A stretch of DNA of 46,251 nucleotides from Candidatus Adlerbacteria bacterium (GTDB lineage Bacteria; Patescibacteriota; Minisyncoccia; Phycocordibacterales; SBAW01), in the NCBI GenBank assembly GCA_003135635.1, contig PLCJ01000003.1, positions 119,087 through 165,337 on the forward strand, written 5' to 3'. Below are positions 45,101 through 46,251 of the stretch, one piece after another. The notes beneath the pieces are model-generated. The model had not been told where the DNA came from. It did no database searches and worked only from the letters and a program-made list of their open reading frames with translations. Position 1 is the first letter of the stretch, and the number at the start of each line of letters is the position of its first letter. The translations under genes were made by a program, and so were the position numbers.

Positions 45101-46251
45101 ACTGAAAGAAGTCCCCAGGGAGTTGTGGTTCCGATACCGACAAAACCTAATCCTGAGTTATTGTTGTTATAAATATTATTTCCATTGAGCGTCCAGTAGT
45201 TTGTGCCTCCACAGCTGGAACCCGTACCACTTACCAGACCCGATGAATCTGCCTGTAAACATTGCGTCGAGCCGGTGACGTTGAGCGTCGTGTTGCCGGA
45301 GACTGAGAGCGTACCGGTGGCGACGACGTTTGCTGCGGTCAAGTTCCCGGAGAAGAATCCATTACCTTGGACTGCCAAGGTGGTGAAGGGAGAGGTGGTG
45401 CCAATCCCGACGTAGCCGGAGGAATTGATGGTCATTCTTGTAGTCGCCGTGGTATTGCCGTTCGTCGCAAAATTGAGCGCGCCACCTCCATCGGTTCCGA
45501 GGACCGCGCCGCCGATCGCCGTACGGATATACAAGCTCGAGTTCACATTGTCAGAAAGCGCGAGTGCGATGCCGCCCGATGCGCCCACCGCCGCAATCTC
45601 TCCCGCGACCGGCGGATTGCCGCCAACAGTGAGTGGGCTACTTGGGCTCGCCGTACCAATGCCCACATTCCCTTCCACAATCAAACCATTTGTTGGTGCT
45701 GCAGTGTTGTAGTCAGCACCGATTGATTGACCGCCTGAGACCGTGAGTTTTGAGAGGGGTGTGGTGGTGCCGATGCCGACATTGCTACTACCTTCATCGG
45801 CGAGAGCTATATTACGATAAGCAACACCTCCGCTTAAAGCATCTATGTGTAAAACATTACCCCCATAGAACATACCGGCATAAGTTGTAGGACTTGCTGA
45901 TGAGTTGGGATCAACACCAAGAGTGACATATGTATTACTACTGCCCTGATAGATACCTCCTACTACTTGCAACGCACCAATGGGTGTCGTCGTGCCTATG
46001 CCGACGTTGCCACCGCCAGATTGCAGGATCAAATTGTTCCACTGAGAGAATCCTGCGCTATATGCCGATAGTCGTGTGAATGTATTACCTGTAGTCGCTC
46101 CTGTATCAATTAATAGTCCCGACCCAGAAGCACCATTGGCATAATCGCTTGTGGTAAATCGAGCGATACCAAAATCACCAGCCCCTTGAACCTGTAATTT
46201 TGTGTTTGGCAACGTCGTCCCAATCCCCACATTGCCTCCCAGAGTTGCCAG
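42172..46251 (-). CDS. Giant fibre/adhesin-like surface protein (5'-truncated) with GNVGIGT repeats, Gly-rich segment, intramolecular-chaperone-like domain and DUF5011-like Ig domain
   Basis: Frame open to the window edge (LATLGGNVGIG); ten (G/S)xVGIG(T/S)xxP boxes; DIAEVY..GDIV..GVVSTNPG..VALSGRVPVKV; PTITIKGNNP..YIDLGAT..YSATDQAGN..TRTVNI. Confidence 0.85.
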   Translation of the reverse strand: MATLGGNVGIGTTLPNTKLQVQGAGDFGIARFTTSDYANGASGSGLLIDTGATTGNTFTRLSAYSAGFSQWNNLILQSGGGNVGIGTTTPIGALQVVGGIYQGSSNTYVTLGVDPNSSASPTTYAGMFYGGNVLHIDALSGGVAYRNIALADEGSSNVGIGTTTPLSKLTVSGGQSIGADYNTAAPTNGLIVEGNVGIGTASPSSPLTVGGNPPVAGEIAAVGASGGIALALSDNVNSSLYIRTAIGGAVLGTDGGGALNFATNGNTTATTRMTINSSGYVGIGTTSPFTTLAVQGNGFFSGNLTAANVVATGTLSVSGNTTLNVTGSTQCLQADSSGLVSGTGSSCGGTNYWTLNGNNIYNNNNSGLGFVGIGTTTPWGLLSVNANGLAAGTPQFVVGSSTATNFIVANNGNVGIGTTNPVSMLNIVASTTLMFSTQFSNGNNAGRIISNVGVMSGTGAGATLDFRVHGPSYSETLLSNSMTNAALILAQPQNGAIFGVGTFTNSPMVFGTNNTERMRIDTSGNVGIGSSTPSQTLSVNGNVWITNLGSPLSYSTIGIPIVGSGSSPAVNNRDTFVVGTTSAATNPIRAGALTAVYNGGASAGATSQGLNSFSVMGPTATGNLTLTVRGGSITNRYVAENASVGYLATQMSAVTANIAVDGTLASSTDASTFQAETPAVGSGNLITNYRGLWVRGGGVPGAITNDYGVYIDAQAGSGITNPFGIYQAGSSDNNYFAGNVGIGTTTPFATLSVQGNSFFSGNLTAANITATGTLAVTGQTTLLGTLNLTPPNRAANSISTGSTGTTQLISGLAGGGDTSFSGSNAIGGQGGGITLTTGLGGNITGTPTNGFGGTGGTFALTGGQGGSGGGTSSFGGQGGNLTLTAGGGGFGLTSAGAAGIVELLGGVGGNGAAGNGGNIYITGGAPNGGGTAGNVILGDTSGGTARGNVGIGTSTPLATLTVVGSICAAKGPGGGQTGQCASTAGLVEGDSSNFTAGVDIAEVYSTVDLSLASGDIVTFDPNNPEFIMRASAATTTFLGVVSTNPGVLLGTVSTSTRPVALSGRVPVKVNLENGPINVGDRITLSSQPGIGMKGELLDQSVGVALQPYPTIATSSTIDVFINPQPGLNTLALAQIIASSSATTTPQALIAGPFASASASLQSALSGALGALSGITQNGVRELGLAVHASVGVFNTVFAQTITADTVYAQKLCLGATCVTETQLQTLLAMASNTQSTPSSSSAGTSTGTTPPTITIKGNNPATLNIGESYIDLGATVVDSTDPNLGYSVSLDGGATTTPDQIHIDTSAAGTHSILYSATDQAGNIATATRTVNIIDPNANNTSSATTTISGTGTTTPSGN
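43920..45420 (-). repeat. Diverged duplicated module within the giant gene (copies at ~43920-44045 and ~45295-45420)
   Basis: VGIGTTSPFTTLAVQGNGFFSGNLTAANVVATGTLSVSG versus VGIGTTTPFATLSVQGNSFFSGNLTAANITATGTLAVTG; the DNA is alignable. Confidence 0.8.

Noticed and set aside
43022-45726. Long Pro/Val-rich plus-strand ORFs opposite the giant gene
   Set aside because: They are antisense shadows of Gly/Thr-rich codons and have no independent coding signal.
43390-46235. GCCGACGTTGCC-type repeats as a CRISPR array or DGR repeats
   Set aside because: The repeats are short, degenerate, irregularly spaced and in coding frame. No cas or reverse transcriptase gene is present, and there is no adenine-specific mismatch pattern.

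Overview
This is a chromosomal core-genome window from a small-genome bacterium, most likely Patescibacteria/CPR (Parcubacteria-like). That call is an inference from the compact domain-trimmed housekeeping genes, type IV pilins and the giant GNVGIGT-repeat surface protein. It uses the standard genetic code. It holds transcription, translation and replication genes (rpoB/rpoC, trmD, khpA, rpsP, rnr, smc, rnc, nusB, rpmF, rnhB, dnaE, thrS, gyrB, pheST, tRNA-Thr, tsf, rpsB, prfA, rpmE, rplY), a glycolysis/pentose-phosphate cluster (fba, pfkB-like kinase, gmk, split tkt, rpe, rpiB, gap) interleaved with two pilins, and envelope genes. Main observations: (1) rpoB and rpoC are fused in one open reading frame, which the ORF track misses because it runs off the window. 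(2) A sortase sits near a secreted Tyr/Pro/Asn-rich protein with a non-canonical VPYTG-TM-KR sorting signal and a divergent CARDB-like protein, suggesting a cell-surface anchoring system. (3) Many genes have a -10 box 6-10 nt before the ATG and no Shine-Dalgarno, including a 22-bp symmetric bidirectional promoter, suggesting pervasive leaderless transcripts. (4) Other oddities are a NusB-NUDIX fusion, a short SMC with no recognisable hinge, a substituted rifampicin pocket, and a mosaic fibre-like giant protein with an autocleaving-chaperone-like domain. No CRISPR array, rRNA, transposase or integrase was seen.
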